Below, piece after piece: positions 1-11,456 of a stretch of DNA of 64,000 nucleotides. Source of the DNA: an uncultured delta proteobacterium (GTDB lineage Bacteria; Desulfobacterota; Binatia; Bin18); assembly GCA_963733195.1 (NCBI GenBank), contig CAVTCR010000003.1:1-64000 (forward strand), in the 5' to 3' direction. The position numbers and the translations under genes were made by a program. Each line of letters opens with the position of its first letter. Positions within the stretch are counted from its first letter, which is position 1. The notes beneath the pieces were generated by a model. It was not told the origin of the DNA, did not search any database, and saw only the letters and a program-made list of their open reading frames with translations.

Positions 1-912
1 CAGTTCCCGCGGCGGCTTCAGGTTTCGTCCGCGGATCGAGTAGGACACCTCCGCCACGTAAATGTCGCCATGGGAATCCACGGCAATGCCGTGCGGGGCA
101 ATGAATTGACCCGGCCCTTCTCCCTCTTCGTCGGCACCGAAGCGGCAGACCATGCGACCCTTCAGATCATAGATAGAGACACGGTGTCCCAAGCCAGGGG
201 CGTCATCCACGCCCCCCATGCCGTTGAGTTCCCCCACGTAGATATGCTCCCCCCATAGCACCATGGCATCGGGCCGATGGATATTATTCCACATGGTGAT
301 GAAGGCGCCCTGCGGATCAAAGATCTGGATGCGGTGCGCCTCGCGGTCCACGACATAGACCTGGTCGTCGTCGTCAATGGCGATATTGTGCGGCCGGATG
401 AATTGGCCGGCATCAATGCCAGGGCGACCCCAGGAAAATTTGTACTCGCCTGCACCCGTATACACGTGGATCCGGGAGTTGCCATAGCCATCGGACACGT
501 AGACGTCGCCGGTGCGCGGCCTGATCGCGGCTGACGTTGGCCGGTTGAACGGTTCGCCACTCCATTTTTTAGCAGGGGCGTTACGTTGGCCGATTTCCAG
601 CAACTGGCCACCGTCCGTGGTAAACTTCTGGACTGTATGAATGCCGTCGTCCGCCACCAACAGGGAACTATCATGGGCGATATACAGGCCATGGGTACGG
701 TCGCTAAAATACCCCTGGCCGAATGAGCGGAGGTAGGTTCCCTCGCGGTTGAACACCATGATTGGATGCTGACCGCGGGTGAGCACGTAGACATTGTCCC
801 GCGCATCAACGGCGACGCCGGGGCATTCGTGAAAGGTGACGCCCGCGGGCAGCGTGCCCCAGCCCTCGACATACTCATAGCGAAAGTCTCCGATTCCGTA
901 CACTTCACGCAT
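1..912 (-). CDS. NHL-repeat beta-propeller protein (peptidyl-alpha-hydroxyglycine alpha-amidating lyase-like); runs off the window edge; one apparent frameshift near 860
   Basis: Manual minus-strand translation gives MREVYGIGDFRYEYVEGW, then ECPGVAVDARDNVYV, FNRPTSAAI..GDVYVSDGYGNSRIH, GQFIRPHNIAID and GQFIAPHGIAVDSHGDIYVAE (NHL repeats). GGAGG RBS upstream. Confidence 0.85.
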   Translation of the reverse strand, partial: MREVYGIGDFRYEYVEGWGTLPAGVTFHECPGVAVDARDNVYVLTRGQHPIMVFNREGTYLRSFGQGYFSDRTHGLYIAHDSSLLVADDGIHTVQKFTTDGGQLLEIGQRNAPAKKWSGEPFNRPTSAAIRPRTGDVYVSDGYGNSRIHVYTGAGEYKFSWGRPGIDAGQFIRPHNIAIDDDDQVYVVDREAHRIQIFDPQGAFITMWNNIHRPDAMVLWGEHIYVGELNGMGGVDDAPGLGHRVSIYDLKGRMVCRFGADEEGEGPGQFIAPHGIAVDSHGDIYVAEVSYSIRGRNLKPPREL

Positions 913-977
913 CGCGCGCCTCCATTCGTAGCGGATATAGACTCAACTCGGCTCCGCCGGACCGGTAATTAGCTCTC

Positions 978-3900
978 TTACGATAAAGCATCAAGTAGTG
1001 CCTTGGCCTCTTGCAAATCTTTGGTGTCAAACCCTTCCGTGAACCAGTTGTAGATCTCGGACAACATCTGGTGAGCTTCGGCCTTCTTGCCTTGCTGCTG
1101 CCAGAGGCGAGCCAAGCTCATCACTGCTCGTAGTTCCAGCGACTTCGCCTGCTGCTGCGGGCAACTCAATGGCCTTCAGAAAACACGCTTCGGCTTCGCT
1201 TTGGGTATCGGGCACGGGGCTCGGGGTTCAGTAATGTTTCACGTTGCCCATTGCCTGTGACCTGTTGCTTTCCCGTTGCAGCGTCAGTTCGCCTTTCAGC
1301 CGGTGGAGTTCGGCTTCGTAGAAACGTTCCCCCGTTCTCTCCACTAGCCGCCCGCGCCTCCACCAGTGCCGTCAACCCTTCCTCTACCTGTCCGGTTTTT
1401 CCATACGCCTCGGCCAGCAGAGCGAGACTATAGCCGTCGCACTCCGCCCCTGTGGCCCGAAGGCGGCCAGGCCCTGGTGTATCTGCTGGATGCCTTCCTC
1501 TTCCTGCCCCTGCATGGCCAGTGCCCAGCCATGCGCGTATGATGGCCACCTGCAAAGAACCCGAAAACCCCTGCTCGTGACAGAGACGCTCAGGGCTTCG
1601 GCCCGCTGCTCGACGGCCTGTATCTCGTGCAGGAACTCATGGAGCTCAGTAGTAAAGGCCCAGGCCAAAGTCGTGCTAAAAGGGAGAGTCATCTCCTGAG
1701 CTCGGGTCAGCGCTTCGCGACTGCGTTCCCTGGCCTGATCCGGATATCCCAGCATCCACAAGACCTGAGCCAGAGAGGGGAAAGCATGACACCCATATCC
1801 GGCCCATAGCGATGCATTACAGCGCGCTGCTGCGAGGATCGCAGAGGGCAATCCCCTGTTCGAAGTGTTCCCGGGCCGAGCCAAGCTCACCGAGCAAGAA
1901 CAAGGGTGCCCCAACGGCAGATGGGCTTCCACGAGGAGAGCCGGGTCTTGTACGCTCTGGGCCAGCCGCAGCAGTTGTTCCCCCAGCTCCGGCGCTGTCT
2001 GTAACTCTCCCTGTGCCGTATAGAAAGTGCGCAGCCCCGCGAGCACTGGGAAGAGCTGCGGCGTTTCCCCCACCTGCCGACATAACGCTAATGCTCGGGC
2101 ATAGACTGTGCCCACTTCCGGGGCCGCAAAGCCTTTGGTCGCCATCAGCGAGTGCCCAGGGCAAGTTGCAGGGTGAGTTCTTGTTGGGCGCGCTCGGGGG
2201 TATCAGGAAGCGTGTTCAGCAGCTCCAGTCCTGTGGTGAGGTGGTTGAGCGCTTCCGCATGAGCCGACCGCTGCATTGCTTGTTGTCCCGCCTAGCTGCA
2301 GATACTCGATGGCTTTCCCCGCATTGCCACTGCGCGTGTAGTGATGCGCTAGCTCGCTGTAGTGCTCGTCCAGCGAGGTACGTACAGCGCTTCTATCGCT
2401 TGGGCGGTTCGCTCATGTAGGGCTTTGCGCTGTTCGTGGAGCACCGTGCCGTAGGCCACTTCCTGTGTCAGAGCGTGCTTAAAGAGATATTCCACTTCTG
2501 GAAACGCGGGCTGTTCGTAGAGAAATTCTTTGCGCTGCAACGAGGAGAGCAGGCGGTACAATTCGTCTTCAGGTTGAGGGATGACATGGCGCATCAAGCT
2601 CAGCGGGAACTGCGCGGCCAATGACAGCGAGCTGTTGAAGCAGAGCTTTTTCGTCAGGCGCAAGTCGGTCGATACGGGCCGCGAGGACGCCTTGGACCGT
2701 CGGCGGAATATGCAGGTCGGTTGGCAGGGCACGGCGAGCCGTGCCCCTACGCATCGCGGCTGAGAATCCCTTGCTCAAACAATTCCTGCACCACTTCTTC
2801 CATGAAGAACGGCGTGCTTTCGGTCTTGTCCAGAATCAGCTGTTTGAGGGCTGTAGGGGCGCACCTGTGTGTGCCCTTGTGGGCCGAACGCCGGTCGGCC
2901 CCTACAGGAAGCCTAACAGCATATCAAGAAATTCTTCCGCCTCGGCCTTGCCAAATGGCGCAAGGCGGAGTTGGGTGTAGTAGGTTTCTGCCCCCACTCG
3001 TGCCGATACTCGGGCCGGTAATTCACGAGCAGCAAGAGTTTCGCGGAAGCAATACCTTCACTCAGCGTGTCTAAGACGCCTTGCGTCTCACTATCAATCC
3101 AATGCAAGTCCTCAAAGATCAGCATCAGTGGTTGGTTGAGACTCTCTCTCAGAAACAGCTTCTTCAGCGCCTCAAACGTCCGCTTGCGTCGAATCTGCGC
3201 GTCCATCTGCTGCAACGGCGAGGCTGTTCCTCGATCCCCAGCAGGGTAAACAGATACGGCAGCGTGTCTTCTAAGCTGCGGTCCAGGATCGAGACCTTCC
3301 CACCGACTTTCTCTCGGCGTTTGCGTTCATCGTCTTGAGGCTGGATCTCGAAGTAGCTCTTGAGCAGTTCGATCACGGGCAGATACGGCGAGGCTTTGCC
3401 ATGGGACACCGAATAGGCTTCGAGCACCAGCAGGCGCTATGGCGTGCGTCGCTTGAACTCATAAAATAACCGCGATTTGCCCAACCCCGGCTCGCCCATC
3501 ACGCCCACGATCTGGCCATGCCCGGCCTTGGCTTGCTCTAATGCCCGCTGTATCTGCTCCATTTCACTCTGCCGACCGACAAAGCGCGTAAACCGCGGCG
3601 GGCAGCGACTTGTAGCCGGGTGCGTAACGGTCCTGCCCCAAGCACTTCGTAGACGTTGAGTGGCTCTTCCACTCCTTTGATCTGCGTCTGTCCCAAGTCT
3701 TTGAACGCAAAATAGCCTTCCGTGAGTTTCCGCGTGTAGGCCGTAATAAGAATCGACCCGGCGTGGCCAATCTGTTCCATGCGTGCCGCGAGGTTGGTTG
3801 AGTGCCCCACCGGGACATAATCGGCATGCAAGTCATCTTTGCGAATCGAGCGCACCACCACTTCGCCGGTATTGATCCCGACCCGCATCAGCTAGCGGTG

Positions 3901-4546
3901 GATAGCCTTTCAGCCGCAGAGTGATCACTATAGCGGCGCATCTCGTCTTGCATCCGCAGCGCGGCATACAATGCCCGTTGGGGATGATCCTCATGGGCAA
4001 GGGGTGCCCCAAACAAGGCAAAGATGCCATCGCCCAGCGCTTGGGCGACATAGCCCTCGTAGCGATGCACGGCATCCATCATGAGCTGCAGGGCCGGATC
4101 AATAATCGCCCGCGCCTCTTCGGGATCGAGCCCTTCGATCAACGCCGTCGAGCCTTTGAGATCAGCAAACAGCGCGGTGATCGTCTTGCGCTCACCATCA
4201 CTTGCTCCCCGTGCTTCCAGCGCCGCTTGTTCGGCCCGAATGCGCTCGGCCAGGTGTTGCGGGGTGTAAGTGACTGGTTTTGACTCCGGCCTCCGGACTC
4301 TGAACTCCGAACTGTCTTTTTCGCCGTTTCCCCTTTTCGCCTTTTCGACCTCTGGTCCGTGCCGACCACACCAAGCACCTTGCCGTCTTCATCGACGGCG
4401 ACTCGCTCCCCTTCAATTAGTTCTTCTCTCAAAGCGTCCATTGCTTCATTATCCAGCTGGAACTGTGCCTTTAGCATCCGGTAGGTGATGCGCCCCTTCT
4501 TTTGTAACAAATCCCGGGCTTGGTCTAAAACGTTCATCAGGTCCAT
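978..4546 (-). CDS. Class III adenylate/guanylate cyclase - STAND AAA ATPase - TPR protein, copy 1 (multiple apparent frameshifts)
   Basis: Consecutive fragments give [46 protein letters not shown], Walker [32 protein letters not shown] and a C-terminal [27 protein letters not shown]. Confidence 0.9.
2722..2750 (-). repeat. GTAG-type REP palindrome inside the cyclase CDS
   Basis: Minus strand reads GTAG-GGGCACGGC-TC-GCCGTGCCC. Confidence 0.7.
2853..2906. repeat. Inverted GTAG-type REP doublet inside the cyclase CDS
   Basis: gtaggggcgcacctgtgtgtgccc ... gggccgaacgccggtcggcccctac. Translates as [18 protein letters not shown], in frame with [11 protein letters not shown]. Confidence 0.75.
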
Positions 4547-4762
4547 GTTATTCCCCTTGCCTGAGCGGATTATAGGCGAGACGAACCGAGACGACTATAG
4601 GAATTCTTCGTGTAACCTTTGACCGAGATACCACTGCGCGTTATGATTTCGCGTAAGAAGACATAAAAGGAGAGATACCTCGCTCCGCGATCACATATAC
4701 GTAGCGCCGACCACAGCGCCTGCCTTCAACAGTGAGGTCAGTGATTGCGCAGAGGTCACATT

Positions 4763-5188
4763 ATGAGTGAGTCAACCGTAGCGATTCATATGCCCGACCT
4801 GTTATATCAGCGTCTGCAACGGTTAGCAGAGCTCACCCAACGTCCGCTCGAAAGTCTGGTGTTGCAAGCGCTGGATGCCAATATCCCACCGCTGTTGGAG
4901 GATATGCCCGAACACATACGGGCGGATTTAGCTGCGCTGGAAAAGCTTGATGACACAGCACTGCGACACGTTGCCCAAGGAAGCTGGAGTGCAGAACAGA
5001 GTGCCCGGTACACCGCGCTGTTAGAAAAAGAGAGAGTGAGCACGCTTACGCCGGTAGAGCGCGGAACGCTGGAAGGACTGTATCAAGAGGCCAACTCTCA
5101 TATGCTCCGGAAAGCGTATGCCAATGCGCTGCTCAAATGGCGCGGCCATCAACTGCCGACCTTGGCGCAACTTGAAGCCGCTCAATAA
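4763..5188 (+). CDS. Small protein with RHH-like N-terminus; putative antitoxin or regulator of the HNH gene
   Basis: MSESTVAIHMPDLLYQRLQRLAELTQRPLESLV (beta strand plus two helices). Its stop overlaps the next start (TAATG). Confidence 0.6.
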   Translation: MSESTVAIHMPDLLYQRLQRLAELTQRPLESLVLQALDANIPPLLEDMPEHIRADLAALEKLDDTALRHVAQGSWSAEQSARYTALLEKERVSTLTPVERGTLEGLYQEANSHMLRKAYANALLKWRGHQLPTLAQLEAAQ

Positions 5189-5613
5189 TGACATCCTACA
5201 TCCCGGCGACACTCCAGCAGCAGGTCCGCGAAGATGCGGGTCGGCGCTGCGGGTATTGCCTCAGCTCGGAAATGGTCACCGGCATTCCGCTCGAAATCGA
5301 GCACCTGATTCCCGAATCGGCAGGAGGACCGACAGCGCGAGAGAATTTGTGGCTCGCGTGCCATCGCTGCAACAAGTTCAAGGGCAATCGAACTGACGTG
5401 AGGGACTCGGTCACGCAAGAGATGGTGCCATTGTTCAATCCTCGTGTACAAACCTGGCGTGAGCATTTTCAGTGGAGTGTGGATGGGACCCGGGTGACCG
5501 GTGTGACTCCTTGTGGTCGTGCAACCGTAGATGCACTACAAATGAATAACGATTACGTTGTTGAAGCCCGACGGTTCTGGGTCTTTGCTGGTTGGCATCC
5601 TCCGCTGGAATAG
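5188..5613 (+). CDS. HNH endonuclease (CxxC..EH..N..CxxCN type)
   Basis: RCGYC, EIEHLIPESAGG, ENLWLACHRCNKFKG, LFNPR. Confidence 0.9.
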   Translation: MTSYIPATLQQQVREDAGRRCGYCLSSEMVTGIPLEIEHLIPESAGGPTARENLWLACHRCNKFKGNRTDVRDSVTQEMVPLFNPRVQTWREHFQWSVDGTRVTGVTPCGRATVDALQMNNDYVVEARRFWVFAGWHPPLE

Positions 5614-5691
5614 CAGCCTTGATAGGATGATCTTACTCTTCAATCCTTACAATGCTGCACTGTTCTGCTGACTCCATAGACCCAAGAGGCT

Positions 5692-8600
5692 CTATCGACT
5701 CAACGACTCCAAAAGCGCCTTCGCCTCTTGCAAATCTTTGGTATCAAACCCTTCGGTGAACCAGTTGTAAATCTCGGATAACATATGGTGAGCTTCGGTT
5801 TTCTTGCCTTGCTGCTGCCACAGTCGCGCGAGGCTGGTCGCGGTGCGCAATTCCCAGGACTTCGCTTGTTGTTGGCGGGCCCAGTCAAGTGAAGCGAGAT
5901 AGTTTTGCTCCGCACCTTCCAAGTCGCCTTGGAGCGTCAGCATCCAGCCCTTGAGCCGTAACACCTCAGCAAGGTGCGAGCGTTCTTCCCAGCCCGGCCG
6001 CGCAATCTGGGCGAGACTCTCTTCGAGCAACCGCAATCCGCCCTCGATGTCACCGCTCAACGCCAAGCCTTCGGCCAGGACCGCTCGATAGTACGGCATC
6101 CAAAGCTTGCCGCCATGCGCGTTAAACGCTTCCAGTGCACCCCGCAACTGCGGGATACCCTCGGCGAGGCGCCCGGCCCGCAGCCACGCAATTCCCTTCC
6201 AGCATCTGCGCCAGCACTTCGGAGATAAAGGGCAGACTGTGTGCACGGCCCAGCCGTTCGGCCTCCTCGACCCGCGCCAGCATTTGCTCGGGTTCGCAAC
6301 GGTAATCCCAAACCTGGCTGCCCAGAGTAAGCGCAAAGCCGAGGTCGAAGGGATGGCCACGCCGGCGTGCGTGGGCAGCGCTGGCCTCGCTCACCTGCAC
6401 CGCACGATCCGGATAGCCCAGCATCCAGGTTCCCAGAGGAGCCGTAGACGCCGACAGTCGTCTTCGGGTCGATGTTCATCAGGTCTGCGAGGTGGCGGTG
6501 CTGCTCCTCGTCATACAGCGCCAGCACCTGGTCGCCATGCGCGCGGGACTGGGTCAAATCTCCCCGCCAAAAGTGGGTCGCGCATGCCGCCCGGTGTGCC
6601 TCGATCAACAGATCTGGATCGCCACTGGCTTCAGCAGTCGCCAGCATGTTCATTGACCCAGTCGAGGGACTCAGCGACACGGCCCTGGACCATCACGCTG
6701 CACCCACAGTCCGTAGTAGATCGGCAGTAACGCGTCGTGGCGGCCGAGGGACTTGGCCAACCCCAGCGCCGGGTGGAGGCTGGTCCACACCTCAGGCGCT
6801 GCCCAGCCTTTGAGCGCTATCCAGGCCGTACCAAGCGGCGTGCGCAGGTCCAGTTCTTGCCCGTCGCGCTCTGGAGACGGCGGCAGCGTGCCGATGAGCG
6901 CCATCCCCTGGTTCAGGTGCGCAATCGCTTCGTTGAGCGCAAGACGTTTCAATGCTAGCGTGCCTGCCTGCTGCCAGAACGGAATCGCTGCCGCGGCCTG
7001 CCCCGCTGCCGTCAGGTGATGCGCCAGCAGCTCAGGCTCGGTAGCAGTAGTCTGCGGAAAGTCTGCTGCCAGTACCCGTGCAATCGTGGCGTGCAGCGTT
7101 TGTCTACGGCTCTTCAACAGCGAGTCGTAGGCCGCATCCTGCACCAACGCGTGTTTGAAGGTGTAGGCCGCCTCGGGCGGGGTGCCGCGCCGAAACACCA
7201 ACCCAGAGTCGGTCAAATGTTCGAGCGAGCGATCGAGCTCGGGCTTGGGGGTGGAGGTTACAGCAGCTAGCAGCGTGTAGCGAAACTCTCGCCCAATGGC
7301 TGCGCCTATCTGCGCGATCTCTTTCGCGGCCCCAAGCCGATCTAGTCGAGCCATCAGAGCATCCTGCAGCGTTGCAGGAATTGCTAGTTGGAGGGGCGTG
7401 GGGTGGGGCGACTCGTTAGACTCCTGAGACTCGCTTGACTCAACAGACTCCAAGACGGTTTTCGTGAGTTCCTCCACAAACAACGGCACGCCATCCGTTT
7501 TACTCACAATCTGTTGTACAGCCTCTTTTGACAGTGCCTTGCCGCTGGTAAGCTTGGCAACGATCACACCACTTTGTGCACGTGTGAGCTTGGAGAGGTT
7601 GAGCACCGTGACATGGCCATGCGCCGACCAGCGCGGCTGAAACTCAGGCCGATGGGTCAGCACGAGCAGCAGCGGTGTGGTCCGGACTCGGTCGATCAAC
7701 AGATCAAGCACCTCCAGGCTGGTGGGGTCGGCCCAGTGGGCATCCTCGAATACCATCACCGTCGGGTGCTTCCTGGCCGCCGCTTCGGTAAGATCGACGA
7801 GCGACCGCAGCGTCTCATCTTTGTGTTTTTGGGGCGTCATGGCACTGACCCTGTAGCGCTCCTCACACGGAATCGACAACATCGCGGCGAGGAACCTGAC
7901 ATCGGTGAGCGGCTGGCCATAGTGGGTAACAACCAACGCTTCGAGCTTATCGAGCTTGGAATCAGCCGTCTCGTCGCGCCCGAATTTCAGCGCTCGCTCG
8001 AAGTTGTCGATGATCGGATAGAGCGCGCTGTTGACGTAGTAGGGTGAACATTGGAAACGTAACGATACAGTGCCTGCGCCCCCTGGCCTTCCAGGCGTTC
8101 CCACAGCGCACTCACAATCCGACTCTTGCCGATGCCGGGCTCACCCGAGAGCAGGACGACTTGCCCTTCACCATCCTGTGCCAATTGCCAGCGCTCCAGC
8201 AGTAGGGCGATTTCATGTTCCCGCCCGACTAACGGTGTCAGTCCGGCTTGAGTCGCCGCCTCAAAACGACTCTGAACCTCACTTTCCCGCACAACCCGGT
8301 ACAGCGTGAGCGGAGCGCTGATTCCCTTCAACGATTGAGCACTCACATCCTGATACTCGAACAATCCTTGTACCAAGCGACGTGTGGCTGCGCTAATGAC
8401 GACGGTATCTGGAGCGGCCACCTCTTGAATGCGTGCCGCAAGGTTCGGCGTCTCGCCCAAGGCTAACTGCTCATGGCGACTGCCATCGCCTATCTCTCCG
8501 ACAACGACTAACCCGGTGTGGATACCGATGCGGACGTGGAGTTGGGCTCTCACCCTGTCCTCTCTCTGGCTGGGGCGAAGGGACCTGAAATTGTAGCACC

Positions 8601-9163
8601 TGGATAATCTCTAACCCCGCCCGTACTGCTCGCACGGCCTCATCTTCATGCGCACGGGGATAGCCAAAGTATACGAGAATGCCATCACCGAGATACTGCG
8701 CGATGTGGCCGTCGTAGCGCTGAATCACCTCCGTACAAGTCTGTTGATACTGCTGCACGACGTTGCGCAGGTCTTCCGGATCAAGCTGTGCAGAAAGCGC
8801 CGTGGAGCCCACCATGTCAATGAACATTACCGTCAGTTGGCGGCGTTCCGCCGCCTGGGGCTGGGTGTTAGGGGCTGGGGATTGGGGACTGAGAACTGAC
8901 AACTGAGAACTGACAACTTCTGCTGTCTTATCCTTTTCGCCTTTTTCCCCTTTCCCCTTTTCGCCCCCGGTCCCAGTTGAACTGTCCGCAAGATCAGCGA
9001 CTGCTTTCATGAGCTTCTTGCGGTGCCCGAGCGAGACGCCCAATTCTTGTAGTTCTCTGTCGTTGAGGAGCCGGAGCGCCTCAAGGTCGACGTCGTTGTC
9101 AGCGAAAACTTGAGCGTACCGATCCAGGCCTAGGGATCGTAACCAAGTGAGGAAATCTGTCAT
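5692..9163 (-). CDS. SAM - class III cyclase - STAND AAA ATPase - TPR protein, copy 2 (apparent frameshifts)
   Basis: SAM: [26 protein letters not shown]. Cyclase: [35 protein letters not shown]. ATPase: [17 protein letters not shown]. Ends in [21 protein letters not shown]. Confidence 0.9.
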
Positions 9164-9262
9164 GATGAGTCACTATACTACACGCGGACACGGACTGTGC
9201 TTTTATACGCGGGCATCAATGACACTGTTGGCGAATGTTTTCCTCCCACTCTCAGCACTGCT

Positions 9263-9369
9263 AAATCCCCCCGCGCTACGCGCGGCCCCCTTTTCCAAAG
9301 GGGGCATTTAGGTTCCCTCCTTTGGCCTGCCACCGGCCACAGGTGGAAAAGGAGGGATAGGGAGGATTT
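9263..9369. repeat. Palindromic REP/MITE-like element (CCCCCTTTT..AAAGGGGG family)
   Basis: aaatcccccc ... ccccctttt-ccaaagggggc ... ccctcctttgg..aaaaggaggg ... ggaggattt; nested inverted repeats in an intergenic gap. Confidence 0.7.
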
Positions 9370-9399
9370 CGCCAGCAGTATCTACGATCAGTCCCAGTC

Positions 9400-10731
9400 T
9401 CACTTCTCCACGCGCTCTTCACTAAATACTAAATGCCCAGCTTTCTCTTGTGCATCGATGCGGGCACGAAGGTCTGATGGTAAGTCGATCTTGCGCTCGC
9501 CGGGAAATTTGTCTTCAAACAGTGCCGGGCGCAGAAAGAACTCTTCCGGGCTGTTGACGTCCGCCTGACTTTTTATGTTGCCAATGAACCACACCCGCCG
9601 AAGAAAATCGGGATTAAAGTATGCCTTGCGATCTTCTTCGCTCCACTCGCGTAACTGATGCCCGTCGTGCGCGGAGTACGTCATCAGATCGGTCGTCAGA
9701 TCCCAATAGAGGTCAAGCTGCATGCCGTAGCCGCGGTCTTTCAATTCTGGGTTGCGCAGCTCTGCCACGCGCGTCTCGATAAAGATCAGTTTGCCCTCGC
9801 GATCGTACTCTTCAATACGTAATGGATAGAAGGCGTGTTGATCGAGCCAGTAAAGAATACGTGGCGCGTAGTAACCCGGCGACCAGTCCTCGCGCGATTT
9901 TGCCTCAACCACGTAGCAAGGAACCCCACCGTCAGAAGTATAGGCAGGATAGTCTTTCCCCATCGGTTTGATCTCACTCACTGGCGTATCGTGTAACTGC
10001 CCGTTTGCATCGGTGAGCGTTATCGACTTACGGGTGTTGGGAAAACGCAGCGTCTGGTAGATCACGTCAGTACCAATGATCCGCCACGACCATTCCCAGG
10101 CATCACGGCCAAAGGTGTCATCAAAGGTAAAAGCTTGATTAGGAAAACGATCACTACGGCGAGGCTGTGGCTGACGTCGCACCCGCCGCAATCCGTTTGT
10201 GTAGACGAACATGTCAATCTTCTTGGTAAACGTTTTATCGGTGCGATAGCGAGAAAAGAGCGACTGATTACCGTATTTCTCCGCTGGTGCCGTATCTTGT
10301 GAGAGTGAGGTCACAAAGCTTTCACCAGGAGTCGTATCGTAGATTTCCGTCTTCAACCCCTGTCCCCCATTGTAGGCAACTAACCCGACCGTCTTGCTCT
10401 GGACAATGAGATGACCCCAGTGGTCAATGGTGGCACCGGCGTCCGCATATACGCACGACCAACGTGGCTGATGGGGAAACTCCATCGAGCGAAATCCCAT
10501 TTCCTCTGCTGTATACGGCGGGGTAAACGGGTACGGTTCTGCTGGCAGATATGGAAACTGCGCATGTCGTGGTGTATCAGCTGATAGGTTGATCCGCTCG
10601 CGCTCCTTGGGGGACATTTCGGCGATCGTCTTCCACGTCTTGGCACCACTGGAAGGACTTTGCGCCCAAGAGCGCGCTGGCTGATCTCCGAGCGTCAAGA
10701 CTGTCATCAGAACAATCAGTCGCACGAGCAT
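9400..10731 (-). CDS. DUF1329 / outer-membrane lipoprotein-sorting-like secreted protein
   Basis: Signal peptide; FVYTNGLRRVRR, CYVVEA, YWLDQHAFYPLRIEEYDREGKL. Confidence 0.75.
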   Translation of the reverse strand: MLVRLIVLMTVLTLGDQPARSWAQSPSSGAKTWKTIAEMSPKERERINLSADTPRHAQFPYLPAEPYPFTPPYTAEEMGFRSMEFPHQPRWSCVYADAGATIDHWGHLIVQSKTVGLVAYNGGQGLKTEIYDTTPGESFVTSLSQDTAPAEKYGNQSLFSRYRTDKTFTKKIDMFVYTNGLRRVRRQPQPRRSDRFPNQAFTFDDTFGRDAWEWSWRIIGTDVIYQTLRFPNTRKSITLTDANGQLHDTPVSEIKPMGKDYPAYTSDGGVPCYVVEAKSREDWSPGYYAPRILYWLDQHAFYPLRIEEYDREGKLIFIETRVAELRNPELKDRGYGMQLDLYWDLTTDLMTYSAHDGHQLREWSEEDRKAYFNPDFLRRVWFIGNIKSQADVNSPEEFFLRPALFEDKFPGERKIDLPSDLRARIDAQEKAGHLVFSEERVEK

Positions 10732-10841
10732 ATCCCCTCCTCTGCTATACGTGCTGCGCCGGTTATAGATGAAGGAGGCGTATGAAGCAAAGCCGGACAG
10801 GGAAAGCTACTTGGCTCATGTCTGAAATCTGTGCGCCGCCC

Positions 10842-10880
10842 ATCCTTCGACTTCGCTGACGCTACGCTCAGGACGAGCGG
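10842..10880. repeat. Short palindromic repeat (CCTTCGAC..GCTCAGG family)
   Basis: atccttcgacttcgctgacgctacgctcaggacgagcgg. The reverse-complement motif cctgagcgtgtcgaagg occurs at about 16849. Confidence 0.6.
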
Positions 10881-10998
10881 GGTAGGAGGACTCGCATAAG
10901 TCTCCTACATAAGCCAGCCGCTTTCCTCTTTTTCCTCCACTGTGCTATGTCCTGCAAAGGGGAGAAAGCAAAACATACTGCAAAAGGAGGGTAATCAC

Positions 10999-11302
10999 AT
11001 GCCATTGTATCTGGATGAGATCTGGTTGAATGCGTCACCACCTGAGAACGCAAAAAAACTACAGGCTATGTTCAAAGATGTGCTCTCGGGGAAAGAGTGG
11101 ATTCCCGCCTGGCGTCACGCTGAAAGCTGGCCCGTGGGCCTCGAATGAAGAAGCAAAGATGATTCTCGTCTTAGACATTCAGGATCATGCAAAAACCTTT
11201 GTTCCCTTTGCCACCCTTGTTTCGCAAGGATTGATAGCCAAACGGCGACTCACACCGATTGTCGAGTGGAGCGCCGTAGATGAGGTAGTCAAAGGACTGT
11301 AA
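10999..11302 (+). CDS. Small hypothetical protein (DUF3303-like); one apparent frameshift
   Basis: AAGGAGG RBS. MPLYLDEIW..GK joins GFPPGVTLKAGPW..RLTPIVEWSAV in the adjacent frame. Confidence 0.55.
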
Positions 11303-11310
11303 CGGTAGGA

Positions 11311-11407
11311 ACAATGAAGAATTAAGAATTAAGAATGAAAAATGAAGAGTGAAACTAGAATGAAAAATCTTTTCCATTCTTAATTCTTCATTCTTAATTC
11401 TTAATTG
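11311..11407. repeat. Inverted arrays of AT-rich heptamer repeats
   Basis: (aattaag/aatgaaa)n followed by (ttcttaa/ttcttca)n. Confidence 0.8.
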
Positions 11408-11456
11408 TGACACCCCACGCTTTCTCCCACACATTTCCGACTCACGATAAGGAGGG

